From the NCBI RefSeq assembly GCF_902713615.1, contig NW_024055478.1, positions 678,363-742,362 on the forward strand: a stretch of DNA of 64,000 bases, in the 5' to 3' direction. The stretch comes from Scyliorhinus canicula (taxonomy: Eukaryota). The notes beneath the pieces were generated by a model. That model was not told the DNA's origin. It saw only the letters and a program-made list of their open reading frames with translations, and did not search any database. The position numbers were made by a program, and so were the translations under genes. Below, in pieces: positions 8,800 through 21,029 of this stretch (position 1 is the stretch's first letter; each line of letters starts with the position of its first letter).

Positions 8800-11700
8800 G
8801 TTTAACTTTATTTATGTTTATATTCGTTTTGAATGGAAGGAGGGGAGGGTAGACGTCCTGTTTCCTCAGTGAATTTTCGTGGGTGGTCCACTTCCTTGGT
8901 TTTCCATGTGTGGGAGGGGGCCTGTATGCCCTCCGGTGAGTGTCCTTCCTCCCCATCTCTCATCTACTGTATGCAAGCTCCCTTTCATCCCAGCGGTAAC
9001 CACTGCCCCCAGATCAAAGCCTCCCTCCCGCCCCGCCCCCTTCCCCCCCGCCCCCCCCCCCCCTTCCCCCCCGCCCCCCCCCCCCACGTTTTCTATGTGT
9101 CGCGGAATCTCTCCTCCGACTCTCTGATGGAGAATTTTATCTTCTCCAGTCTCAGGAACTCGGCCAGATCTGAGAGCCACTTCGACTCCCTGTGTGGCGC
9201 TACCGGCTTCCAACCTAACAGAAGCCTCCGCCTGACGATCAGCGAGGCGAAGGCCAGGGCGTCCGCTCCCTCTGCCTGTGTAGAGCTCTGGATGCTCTGA
9301 CACTCCGGAGACCGCCACAGATGGGCCGTCTCGATCCCCAAAACTCTGGAACTTGCCTCAGAAAATGTCGTTCGGAACTCCCTAAGTCTGGGACAGGGCA
9401 AGAAAATGTGGGTGTGGTTGTCCAGGCCACTCGTGACACCGCTTGCACTTATCCTCCACCTCTGGGAAGAAAAAAAACAGTTCACAGGTGTGTTAGTGAG
9501 GTAAACTCTGTTCACCAGCTTGAGCTGCATTAGGCTTAACCCACCGCAGGAGAAGGTGGAGTTGATCCTGTGCAGCGCCTTGTTCCAGAGTCCGCCCTCT
9601 ATCTCCATGGCCAGCTCCCCCGCAGCCCCCCCCCCCCCCCCGCCCCCGTTGGTGTCTGGTCTCGACCAGAGGGGCCCTGACCTTTCTTACGAGTAGTCCG
9701 TAAATGTCATCATATTTGTCACCTAACCAGTCCAGCCCTGCCATTGTGCACAAAAGTGTGTGTCTGGGTCTCTGCGAGAACGTTTTGTTTCCTTGCAGTA
9801 TTCCTTCGCCGCTGCAGCTCTGAGCTCGCTCCCATTCGGGAGTTGAAGCTTATCCAAGAGTCCCCCCAGGGTCTGCAGTCTACCATCCATGTACATGTCC
9901 TTCATTCTGCCCTCCCATCCCCACATCCTAAACGTGACGTCTATCTTCGTGGTGGGATCCTATGGTTGATGCAGATGGGGGCCCCCATAGACAACACCAA
10001 GCCTGAAGTGGAGGCTGAACTGATTGCAGGTCTTTAGTGTGGCCATTACCACCGGGCCCTTGGCGTGTGTGTGCGGGGGATGGGGTTGGGGGGAGGGGGG
10101 GGCGCTCTGTGAGTGGTGCGGCAGCCAGTGCCAGGAGGCTTCCTCCACTCGGACGCAGTCGGCCTCTGGTTCCCTCAGCCATTCATCATCCTCTCTGCAT
10201 TTTCCGCCCAGTGGTAGAATGATAGGTACGGTAGGCCCGGCCTCCCACGTGTCGCCCTCGCTGCAAGATGGTCTTAAGTACCCTCGGGAATCTCGCCCCC
10301 ATGCCCCTCAGACAAAGGCCATGATTAGATTGTCGACTTGGAGAACAAAGATTTGGGAGTAAAGATCGGCAGTGATCTGAATACGAAGAGGAACATAAGC
10401 AGCACATACATTTTAACTGTCTGTAACCTTCCCAGTTGAGATAGAGGGAGTGAGTCCCATCACAGTAGGTCCCTCTTCACCTCCACCACCCGGCTGGAGA
10501 GGTTCCATATGTGGAGCCTCTTCCAGGTGTGGGACACTTGGATGTCCAGGACCCTGAATTTCGTTTGGGTCACTTTAAACAGTAGTTCTTCCACCTCCAC
10601 TCCTCCCTCTTGGGGATTGACCGAATTCCCTCAGGAGTCTTGTTACCTTTCCCTATCGGCTTTGATATGAAGAGGAGAATGTAATCTGTATGCAGTGAGA
10701 CTCTGTGCTCTCTGCCCCCTCTCCGAATGCCCGTGCACCACCCAGCTGATCTATAGGCTCGATTTCCAGCGCGAACAGGAGCGGGGATAACGGGTACCTC
10801 GGCCTAGTTCCCCTGCTCAGCCTAGATTATTCGGACTTGGTGGTGTTCGTACATACCATCCCCGTGGGAGCGCTTTACATGGGCGTCACCCACGCGTTGA
10901 ACCCAGCTCCAAAACCAAACCATTCAAGCACTTCAATGAGGTACCTCCATTCTACCCGATCAAACGCTTTCTTGGCATCCAGGGAGACAATCATCTCTGT
11001 TGTCCTCTCCCAGGATGGGTCATTATTACATTCAGGAGGCGTCTAATGTTCGCAGTTAGTTGTCTGATCTTCCTCAATCACTTCTGGCAGGCAGCTTCCC
11101 TGGAGCCTCGCCAATGCCTTTGACAGGACATTTGCATCGGTGTTTAAGACAGAGATGGGTCTGTATGTTCCAGACGCTGTTGGGTCATTGTCCTTTTGGG
11201 GATTAATAAGATTGAGGCCTTTGCCAATGTGAACCGCAGGGCCCATTTGACAGTGAGTCGCTGAACACACGTTCAAGGCCAGCGCTGCTGCAAATGTTTT
11301 GTGAAAGTCAACCGGGAAGGCATCTGGTCCCAGCGCCTTCCCTGACTGCATGGAACCGTGTATTCCACGGTTTCGCCCAACCCAAGCGGCGTTCCCAGTC
11401 CTTGGTTCCTGCCGCCTCCAGCGCCGGTATATCCAGGCTGTCGAGGAACTGTTCCATCCCCGAGTCCGCCTCCAGAGTTTCGGAGGTGTATACCCCTCAG
11501 TAAAAGTCTGCAAAACCTCATTAACCTTTTTGGGTCTGCTACCATCCTTCCATTTCTGTTGCTAACTTGCGCTATTCCTTTCGCGGCTGCTTGTTTTTTC
11601 AGCGAGTGCTCCAGCATGCGGCTGGCCTTGTCTCCATGTTCATAGAAGGCCCGGCGCCTGGCCCTCCTTGTGGAAAGCAGATAAAATTATATCCGTGGCT

Positions 11701-14700
11701 TTTTCCTCCCCACCAGCAGTTCCACGGTTGGGGCAATGGAGTATCGCCGATTCATCTCCATTGTAGAGTCGATCAGCCGCTCCTTGACCTCCCTGTTTTT
11801 CCTGTCCCTAAGGGCCCTATGGGCTATAATATTGTCCATGATCAGTGCCTCTCAGAATGTGAAGGGTGAGGCCTCCCCATTCTCGTTGCAGGTTACATAG
11901 CCGTCGATGGTTTGGGTTATTTTTTACAGATTCATTATCAGCGAGGGGAGCTGCATCCCGCTTTCATGGGGGGCGTTGGGTCCGGCTCTTCTCCAACCTC
12001 ACGTCCATGTAATGTGGCGTGTGGTCGAAGATCACAATCGCGGAATATTCCCACTTTGTTACCACTGGAAGCAACCTTTTCCGAAGAGAAAAAAAGTATC
12101 TGGGTCTGTAGGTCTTGTTCACGTGGGAGAAGAAGGAGAATTAGTTTTGTCCCGGCTGATTGAACCTCCTCCCCCCCAACCCTTGGTACACCAGCCTGCC
12201 CGCTCGTGGAGAGGTTCCTCTGCTTAACCCCCGTGTGCCTCTCTCTCCTCTCCCTCTCTCCGCGCCTCTGCCACTCTTTGCCCCTGCCTCTCTCCCCTCT
12301 CCCTGTCTCCGTGCCGCTGTCTCTCTTTGCCCCTGCCTCTCTCCCCTCTCCCTCTCTCCGTGCCTCTGTCTCTGTTTGTTCCTGCCTCTCTCCCCTCTCC
12401 CTCTCTCCGCGCCTCTGTCTCTGTTTGCCCCTGCCTCTCTCCCCTCTCCCTCTCTCGGCGCCTCTGTCTCTATTTGCCCTTGCTTCTCTCCCCTCTCTCC
12501 GCGCCTCTGTCTCTGTTTGCCCCTGCCTCTCTCCCCTCTCCCTCTCTTGGCGCCTCTGTCTCTGTTTGCCCCTGCCTCTCTCCCTTCTCCCTCTCTTGGC
12601 GATTCTGTCTCTGTTTGCCCCTGCCTCTCTCCCCTCTCCCTCTCTCCGCGCCTCTGTCTCTGTTTTCCCCTGCCTCTCTGCCCTCTCACCGTGCCTCTCT
12701 CTGTTTGCCCTTGCTTCTCTCCCCTCTCTCCGCGCCTCTGTCTCTGTTTGCCCCAGCCTCTCTCCCCTCTCCCTCTCTTGGCGCCTCTGTCTCTGTTTGC
12801 CCCTGCCTCTCTCCCTTCTCCCTCTCTTGGCGCCTCTGTCTCTGTTTGCCCCTGCCTCTCTCCCCTCTCCCTCTCTCCGCGCCTCTGTCTCTGTTTGCGC
12901 CTGCCTCTCTCGCCTCTCCCTCTCTCCGCGCCTCTGTCCCTGTTTGCCCCTGCCTCTCTCCACTCTCCCTCTCTCGGCGCCTCTGTCTGTTTGCCCTTGC
13001 CTATCTCCCCTCTCTCAGAGCCTCTGTCTCTGTTTGCCCCTGCCTCTCTCCCCTCTCCCTCTCTCCGCGCCTCTGTCTCTGTTTGCCCTTGCTTCTCTCC
13101 CCTCTCTCCGCGCCTCTGTCTCTGTTTGCCCCTGCCTCTCTCCGCGCCTCTGTTTCTGTTTTCCCCTGCCTCTCTCCCCTCTCTCCGCGCCTCTCTCTGT
13201 TTGCCCCTGCTTCTCTCCCCTCTCTCCGCGCCTCTGTCTCTGTTTTCCCCTGCCTCTCTGCCCTCTCACCGCGCCTCTCTCTGTTTGCCCTTGCCTCTCT
13301 CCCCTCTCTCCGCGCCTCTGTCTCTGTTTGCCCCTGCCTCTCTCCCCTCTCCCTCTCTCCGCATCTCTGTCTCTGTTTGCCCCCTGCCTCTCTCCCCTCT
13401 CCCTCTCTCCGCGCCTCTGTCTCTGTTTGACCCTGCCTCTCTCCCCTCTCTCCGCGCCTCTGTCTCTGTTTGCCCCTGCCTCTCTCCCCTCTCTCCGCGC
13501 CTCTGTCTCTGTTTGCCCCTGCCTCTCTCCACTCTCTCCGCGCCTCTGTCTCTGTTTGCCCCTGCCTCTCTCCCCTCTCTCCGCGCCTCTGTCTCTGTTT
13601 GCCCCTGCCTCTCACCTCTCTCTCTTTTGGCCCCTCTGTCTCTGTTTTCCCCTGCCTCTCTCCCCTCTCTCCGCGCCTGTCTCTGTTTGCCCCTGCCTCT
13701 CTCCTCTCTCTCTTTTGGCACCTCTGTCTCTGTTTTCCCATGCCTCTCTCCCCTCTCTCCGCGCCTGTCTCTGTTTTCCCCTGCCTCTCTCCTCTCTCTC
13801 TTTTGGCGCCTCTGTCTCTGTTTGCGCCTGCCTCTCTCCCCTCTCCCTATCTCCGTGCCTCTGTCTCTGTTTGCCCCTGCCTCTCTCCCCTCTCCCCGCG
13901 CCTCTGTCTCTGTTTGCCCCTGCCTCTCACCTCTCTCTCTTTTGGCGCCTCTGTCTCTGTTTTCCCCTGCCTCTCTCCCCTCTCTTCGCGCCTGTCTCTG
14001 TTTGCCCCTGCCTCTCTCCTCTCTCTCTTTTGGCGCCTCTGTCTCTGTTTGCCCCTGCCTCTCTCCTCTCTCTCTTTTGGCGCCTCTGTCTCTGTTTTCC
14101 CCTGCCTCTCTCCCCTCTCTCCGCGCCTCTCTCTGTTTGCCCCTGCTTCTCTCCCCTCTCTCCGCGCCTCTGTCTCTGTTTTCCCCTGCCTCTCTGCCCT
14201 CTCACCGCGCCTCTCTCTGTTTGCCCTTGCCTCTCTCCCCTCTCTCCGCGCCTCTGTCTCTGTTTTCCCCTGCCTCTCTCCCCTCTCCCTCTCTCCGCGC
14301 CTCTGTCTCAGTTTGCCCCCTGCCTCTCTCCCCTCTCCCTCTCTCCGCGCCTCTGTCTCTGTTTGACCCTGCCTCTCTCCCCTCTCCCTCTCTCCACGCC
14401 TCTGTCTCTGTTTGCCCCTGCCTCTCTCCCCTCTCTCCGCGCCTCTGTCTCTGTTTGCCCCTGCCTCTCTCCTCTCTCTCTTTTGGCGCCTCTGTCTCTG
14501 TTTGCGCCTGCCTCTCTCCCCTCTCCCTCTCTCCGTGCCTCTGTCTCTGTTTGCCCATGCCTCTCTCCCCTCCGCCATCCGCGCCTGTGCCTGTGTTCGC
14601 ACCTGCCTCTCTCGACTTCTTGCCACTCGCGTTCTGGCTTTGGTTTCCCCGTCCATTTTTCTGGACAAAACAGGTTGGCTTCCTCCGGGGTGTCAGAGTG

Positions 14701-15740
14701 ATATTCTTTACCCTGGAATATCACCCCATATCCTGGCAGGGTAAAGTATGCCAAACTGCACTCCACCTTCATACAGCGTGGATTTGGCACCGTTCAATTC
14801 TGCCCAGCGCTTGGCCAGCTGAGCACCAATGTCCTGGTGCAGGCGGATGGAATGTTCTTCCCGCTTGCCCCCTCTCGCACTCTTCACCCACCTCAGGATC
14901 CGCGCTTAGTCCTGGTGCCTGTGAAGCCTCACGATTATCACCCCCGGTTGTTCCCCAGCCCTCGGCTGCTTCCGAAGCGACCTGTGGACACGGTTTACCT
15001 CCGGGAACTTGGCGAAGCCTCCTCGCCGACCAGCTTCCCGATGTTGCTGCTACGTATTCACTGGAGTTTCTCCCATCCGTTCCCTTCGGCGGCCCCACGC
15101 TTCTCATGTTTTGCCGACGCGATCTGTTCTTCTGGCCGTCGACTTTATCCTTCAACCCCTTCGGGCTCTGGCCAACTCACTACCTCAATCTCCAGTCTCG
15201 CGATCCAGTCCCCTTGGTCGGAGGTGGCATTTTCGAGTCTATTGTTGTCGTTTCCTGGCCCTCTAGCCTCCGCTCCATATTGTCCATTGCCTCCCTCTTG
15301 GGGGCCATCGCCGCTTCCACTGCCGCCTCGACGGCTGCCAGGAAGTCATTTCTCATCTCCCCTCTATCTTACTGAAGCTGAGAGGCGATGAAGCCCGTCA
15401 ATTGAACCATCAGCGCCGTGGTCTGTGCTGGGAGATCTGTGGGATCGGCCCTCACGGGTTCTGTGTCTCCACGTGGAGATGCCTGCTCTGAGGCTGAGCT
15501 TTCCCTTCCCTCTTCCTTGCTGGCTTCTCGGCTGGGCGGCTGATTCTTTCTCATGCTGTTTAGAAGTGCAGTCAATGGCGGGGGGTGGCGGGGGGGGGGG
15601 GGGGGGGGGGGGGGCTAGTCCGCGGGATTACGAGCACTTTTGTTGCTGTTTTGGGGGTTATAAAGCTGTCGTCAGTAGTTCTTCGACGAGAGCCACCTTT
15701 CCTGCGACCACTCAGCTCATGGCCGCCACTGTAAGTTCTG
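8800..15740 (-). mobile_element. Decayed L1-clade LINE (ORF1+ORF2) interrupted by a tandem array
   Basis: ORF1-like NRSRRQNMRSVGPPKGTDG (about 14770-15155); EN/RT motifs GPDAFPVDFHKTF and YRPISVLNTD, plus AFDRVEW; C-terminal NHTHIFLPCPRL and LRLEKIKF; AATAAA near 8810. Many frameshifts. Confidence 0.85.
12225..14615 (+). repeat. 2.4-kb polypyrimidine minisatellite, unit about 43-49 bp
   Basis: Unit TCTGTCTCTGTTTGCCCCTGCCTCTCTCCCCTCTCCCTCTCTCCGCGCC with variants; almost no A on the + strand. Confidence 0.97.
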
Positions 15741-15814
15741 ACGTCAGAAAAAGCGATGAATATTCAGTTACATTCCTGACTTCCGCCTTACAGATGATGG
15801 ATAGAGTTTGGGAA

Positions 15815-16420
15815 GTCAGGAGGTGAGTTACGCACCACAGAATGTTCAGCCTCGGATCAGCTCTTGTAGCCACATTATTGAAATGTCTTTCCTGTTCAGT
15901 ATTTCACAAAACGTAATCACTAGGATATTGAAAGTGGGTGATTAAAACATGGCAGCGTCATATAAATCTAGGGGACGTGTTAGGAATCTCCCTTTTTGGC
16001 TTTGGCCATTCACCCCCACTTCAGTGGCATGAATGTTACTTGCCACTTATCAGCACAAGACTGAATGTTGTCCGGGACTTGCTGCATATGAACATAGACG
16101 GCTTTAGTATTTGAGGAGTCGAATGCAATTCACAATATTGTGCAATCATCAGCAAATATTCCCACTTCTGACATGAGGATGAAGGGTGAAGCTTGGTCCT
16201 ATGCCTCAATCCTGAGGAACTCCTGCAACAATGTCCTATGACTGAGACTGACCTTAAACACCTACAACCATCTTCCATTGTGCAAGGTAGAGCTCCAACC
16301 AGTGCCCCCTGATTCCCATTGGCTGCAGTTTTGCCAGGGTTTCTTGATGCCACAATAAGTCAAATGCTGCCTTGATGGGCCGAGTGGCCTAATTCTGCTC
16401 CTGTGTCTTATGGTCTTATG
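15815..16420 (-). mobile_element. Decayed CR1 fragments
   Basis: CR1-like EN/RT remnants and the tail CATAAGACCATAAGACACAGGAGCAGAATTAGGCCACTCGGCCC. Confidence 0.7.
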
Positions 16421-16810
16421 GTGTTATGATTCTGTCTGCACCTCCCACCGTCTGGGAAAGCAGGCATCTTAATCAAAAACCGCTCCCACTCGGATTATTC
16501 TCTCTTCCAACATCTTCCATTGGGCAGAAGATACAAAATCTGAGAACACGCACTAACAGATTCAAAAACAGCTTCTTGTCGGCTGGTACCCAACTCCTGA
16601 ACGGCCGTCTTATGGACAGAACTGATGCCTCTCTGCATCGTCTACTGTTGCAGCACTACCCTCCGTATGTTTCACCCGATTTCTATGTCTACGTATTTAT
16701 ATTGTGCATTTATCGTACATCCTATGTTTTTTTATGGATAGAACGATATGTCTGGACTGCAAGGAGAACAATACTTTTCACTGTACCTCGGTATAGGTGA
16801 CAACAATCAA
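16420..16810 (+). mobile_element. Rex1/Babar-type 3' fragment
   Basis: LFSLPTSSIGQKIQNLRTRTNRFKNSF, similar to 5330-5850. Confidence 0.65.
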
Positions 16811-17261
16811 AATTTAAGGGCAGCACCACAGTAAAGTGGCTCAATTTCTGGTGGCACATTTTTGTTCACTTTTGTGAAATGGAGAAATGTTTACCGAGGC
16901 GCTGTATGGAGTCCATGGGAAATTTGATATTCACATCAACAATCATGGTGCTGGGGAGGGTTGATTGGTTTATTATACCACCTGTAACATGTTTGGGGTT
17001 ATTGTCTCTGAGGTCCCCCAGGAAATCAAGATGGGATCTTCAGTTGAAGGGGAAAATTTGAGTGTATGAGTGTTTGTTCGAGAGGGAGGGAGAGAGAATG
17101 TTTGTGTGAGAGATTGTGTGTGCATAGGCGTGTGTCTGTGTTTATGTGCGTGTCTGAGTTTCTGTGCGTGTGTGTATGCGAGAGAGCATTTATGTGTGTG
17201 CGTTTGTTTGAAAGACATCATGTTGTGTACAACTGAATTTCACAAAGATCACAAGCAATCT

Positions 17262-18050
17262 TTTATTTACAATAGATTCACAGTAAACACATCCACTTCA
17301 TACTGATTTTTTTCATATGGCATCTTTGCTGAGAACGGAGGAGGCCAGGTTTTGACAGTTAGGTTTTGCCATGAGTTCTGTATATGAAGCTACCAATTGT
17401 CATTATGGGTTGTTATTTTCAATGTTTGTGTCGACTGCAAAGCCTCTAAATCCACTGGTCGTGGCCGTTCACACCAGCCCGCTGGAGGTGACGTCATTTT
17501 TATCAGCTGGTGACACCCAAGTGCTTGGGGCCTTCATGTGACACTTGGAAGAACACTTGAAGCGGAATATTGACCTTCCCACTCGATGTGTGGGTCTGAC
17601 TACTTCACCATACGGAAATGCTTTGGGAATGTAACGATCTTCTATCCTTTGATCATACCAGAGCCGTGCAAACCACCTCTGTTTTGTTTGATTTTGAGAG
17701 TCTTTGAAGATCTGTCGTTGAGAATACTCTCGCATTCTGATTTTGTCCTGCCGGTACATGAAATTATCGCATGATCCAAATATTACAACCGTCCGTCCTC
17801 AATGTAATCATGTTCCAGCTTTCTGTCTTTGACATGAAGATTCACCACTAGCAGTGAAGAATCACCAGCACCGGATGAAGATTGTCAGCTTCCTCTTACT
17901 GACATCCCGCTCGTTAGTTCCTGATCGCCTGCGGATGTAATTCATCCAGAAGAGTTCGAAGGACTGAATGTATCGGTCTGACACACATTGCAAAGGACCT
18001 GCTTCAATTTACGAAGTAGTCAAGCAGAAAATGAGAATGTTGAACAGCAT
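17262..18050 (-). pseudogene. Possible intronless (processed) V+C1 Ig-superfamily pseudogene, heavily decayed
   Basis: Signal-like MLFNILIFCLTTS*IEAG; LQC-x12-W; GDSSLLVVNLHVKD; IFGS; TEVVCTAL; EGQYSASSVLP, collinear but needing several frameshifts. AATAAA at 17267-17262. Confidence 0.35.
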
Positions 18051-18164
18051 CTTTCAGGCCCATCTATAGCTCCATCCATCAATCTCATTCACTGATTCCT
18101 CAATCAAAATATTCAACTATTACTAATCCCTGCATCAAAGTTACCCTTGTATATTTTGAGCAGA

Positions 18165-18500
18165 TGGTGGGTGCAGTATTAATATAATTGTACCAGTAAT
18201 CGTGAGGCCCAGGATAATTCTGCGAGGACCCTAGCACAAATCCCACCATGGCTGGAATTTGAATTCAATTAATAAATCTGGAATATATAATAAAGATGAC
18301 CAGGAAATCCTTTCTTTTCACCCATGAAGGAAATCTGACACCTGGTCTCACCAACATGTGGCTTCAGTCGGACAGCAACATGTCTGACTCTTCAGTTCCT
18401 TCTGTGCTGGCCCAGCAAACCACTCAGTTCAACAGCAACTAGCGAGAGGGAACACATGGTGGTCTTGCCAGTGAATCCCACATTCCATGGATGAATAAAG
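18165..18500 (+). mobile_element. Old Deu-domain-type SINE (SacSINE1-like)
   Basis: ...CAAATCCCACCATGGCTGGAATTTGAATTCAAT...GGAAATCTG...CACTCAGTTC...CCCACATTCCATGGATGAATAAA; recognised from memory of the DeuSINE consensus. Confidence 0.55.
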
Positions 18501-20199
18501 CTAGAAAAACATAAATCTGCATGTTTATCTATTACACAATCTACCCTCTGTCTAATACTCTGTCTGATAGTCTACTTGTATTTCTATCCATTACCACAAT
18601 GTTATGAGATATGGGAGAGATCCTCCAGTCGGTTATATGAACAAAGAACAAAGGAAAGTACAGCAGAGGAACAGGCCCTTCGGCCCTCCAAGCCTGTGCC
18701 GACCATGCAGCCCGTCTAATCTAAAATCTTCCACACTTCCTGGGTCCGTATCCCTCTATTCCCATCCTATTCATGTATTTGGCAAGATGCCCCTTAAACG
18801 TCCCTGCTTCCACCACCACGAGTTCCAGGCACCCAATACCCTCTGTGTAAAAGTAGTTGTTGCTTAGAGGTGCCAGAGAAGCTGGCTAACTCTCTTTTCC
18901 TTAGAGATGAGAACAGTACAAATAGCTTCACAATTTAAAACATAAAATGATCTCCAGTACTGTTGCTGGGTAGTATTGTTTATAAATAGTCCTCATTGAC
19001 AGTGTTAAGAGTTTCAAGTTGGCTTGCAGCCAAGCGGTCAGTACTGAGGAAACAGATCTCTGAAAAAAAATCCAGATGCTTCCTGTAAACAACATTGAAC
19101 ATTCGAGCCTCCCTGACTGCAGGCGGCTGGATTGCTGCCAAATACTGTGTGGGGCAGATTAACCTGAATATGAATGGACACAACGGGATTTATCCATTCA
19201 AACAATAAATGTTTCAGTCTCACATGAAGTAAACGTTTTAAATCTTATTTCATCGACAGTATTAAATTCAGTGAATGTTCTGTTCACTCTGAGATTAAAC
19301 ATGATCGGAAAATAGTGATCTGACCAGATGCTATTTAATTTATATTAGTTCTGAGTCAAGGTCACTCTAGTTATCAAAGTCTGTTTGGTAATAACCTAAT
19401 GAAGTGAGAGTGACTGGTGCTGATGGACACAATCCACAAGCCCAATAAGTTTAGGGAAAAAGTTAAATTAAAAGAAAGTCACAAAACTGCCATGAACTCT
19501 CCGGAATTCCTGGAATATTCTCCGAGTTGTTGACTTCATTTAAACGGACGCGTCTCTTATACCTGATTAGCTTCGTGTTCTGTACAATATAATTTGTGCT
19601 TATTTCCATTATTTAACAGTCCCTCTCATTGCTGCCATTGAGTGGAGAAATGACCAGTTCATAGCCTGCTTTAATGGAAAATAAACATGTATTCCTGTGA
19701 TATTGTGTAATATTCCACAAAGTCCTGATATCCTGTGCTTCCAACACCAGTGAATGTTAGACAGCCGGTGACCGATAAAATTAGCTGCAATGATTTGGAT
19801 GCCGAAGGATAACTTTACTGATCGCCGTGTCCGATCCGATTCATTAACTTCTCTGTCAACTGTTAATGTAGATTTTATGTTTCTCTGTCAACTCACTGCT
19901 TAATTATCAGGCAAGCGGCTTCTTTTACCGCTAATGTTCACAGGACTGTCTGAGGCTCAGGGGCAATTCGTAATGTAAGTAGTGGCATTGTATAATGTGA
20001 GTGATTCTTCTTTTCCACAGACCCAGATTGCACAGTGGTAGCCACCCACCCTGTAAATAGAATCACTTTGGTCATGCCCCGCGTTTAGTTACATAAATCG
20101 ATACGAATTCCTCTAATACATGATATTTTATTGCTTTCACGGGTTAGAGACTCAGAGTTTTGTAAATCAGGCAAACAATCAACTTTAAAAAAATAATTT

Positions 20200-20415
20200 A
20201 AAAAAAAATAAATTTAGATTACCCAATTATTTTTTCCAATTAAGGGGCAATTTAGCATGGCCAATCCACCTACTCTGCACATTTTTGGGTTGTGGGGGCG
20301 AAACCGACGCAGACACGGGGAGAACGTGCAAACTCCACACGGACAGTGACCCAGAGCCGGGATCGAACCTGGGACCTCAGCGCCGTGAGGCGGTTGTGCT
20401 AACCACTGCTGCCCT
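20200..20415 (-). mobile_element. tRNA-derived SINE
   Basis: HE1-like head and core on the minus strand, directly upstream of the IgH promoter. Confidence 0.8.
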
Positions 20416-20694
20416 GCAAACAATCAACTTATTCCCTGTTAATATAATTTGACCTGTTTATGTTCATTCTCTTATGTTGAAGTGCAGAAACAAAGCGAAT
20501 TAATTTGCAATGGGATTAGTTTTTATGAACAGATTTTCACAAGTAATTTCGTCATTAGAACCAATGGAGACATTACAGAGAATCCATTCAGACAAAACAC
20601 TGTCCCGATACAGAGGAAAGTCAATTTTACTGATAACCTATAGTAAATCTCTGGGTCCATTCTGTTGGGGGTGTGGAAGGTGGGACGTGGATCT

Positions 20695-20765
20695 AGGCGG
20701 CGCCTCCACCAGGGAATCAACAGGCGGCGCCTGGAAAGCCGCCCCCTTCTGCCGGGTATTTAAAT
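20695..20765 (+). promoter_or_regulatory. Putative IgH promoter
   Basis: AGGCGGCGCCT twice (20695-20705, 20722-20732) and TATTTAAAT at 20757-20765, about 80 bp before the leader ATG. Confidence 0.55.
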
Positions 20766-20843
20766 GCCGCTCACTGTGACCCGAATCCAACAGTCCGGGA
20801 GCTGGTTTGTTCACTGAGTTCCTGACACAACCATTTCCCCCAA

Positions 20844-20901
20844 ATGACCAGATGGATGAGGTGGCCCATTTCTCTCAGTTTGTTGCTGACTTTCTTATCC
20901 C
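20844..20901 (+). CDS. IgH leader exon
   Basis: MTRWMRWPISLSLLLTFLS-R (alternative ATG at 20856), donor C|GTGAGT; typical shark IgH leader, continuing RVQS. Confidence 0.92.
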
Positions 20902-21029
20902 GTGAGTAGTTTTTATTGTCCAAGTCTCTCACTGTTACTGTCTCAGTGTTAGTCTCTCTCTGGAATGTTCCAGAGTCACCAATCATTTCACCAGCATTAA
21001 TCCTCGGTCTTTTTGATATATTTTTACAG

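Noticed and set aside
11938-15375. Very long ORFs (1071, 831, 367, 341 aa etc.) rich in Leu/Ser/Pro or Arg/Glu/Gly
   Set aside because: They arise from the stop-free tandem array, are open in several frames on both strands, and have no domain signature.
16830-17030. Light-chain-like fragments on - (DPILI..., WYNKP, FSISQK, LYCG)
   Set aside because: The motifs are scattered over three frames with large deletions; too weak to call.
20031-20037. CACAGTG upstream of the IgH promoter
   Set aside because: No nonamer at 12 or 23 bp and no V-like coding sequence in front.
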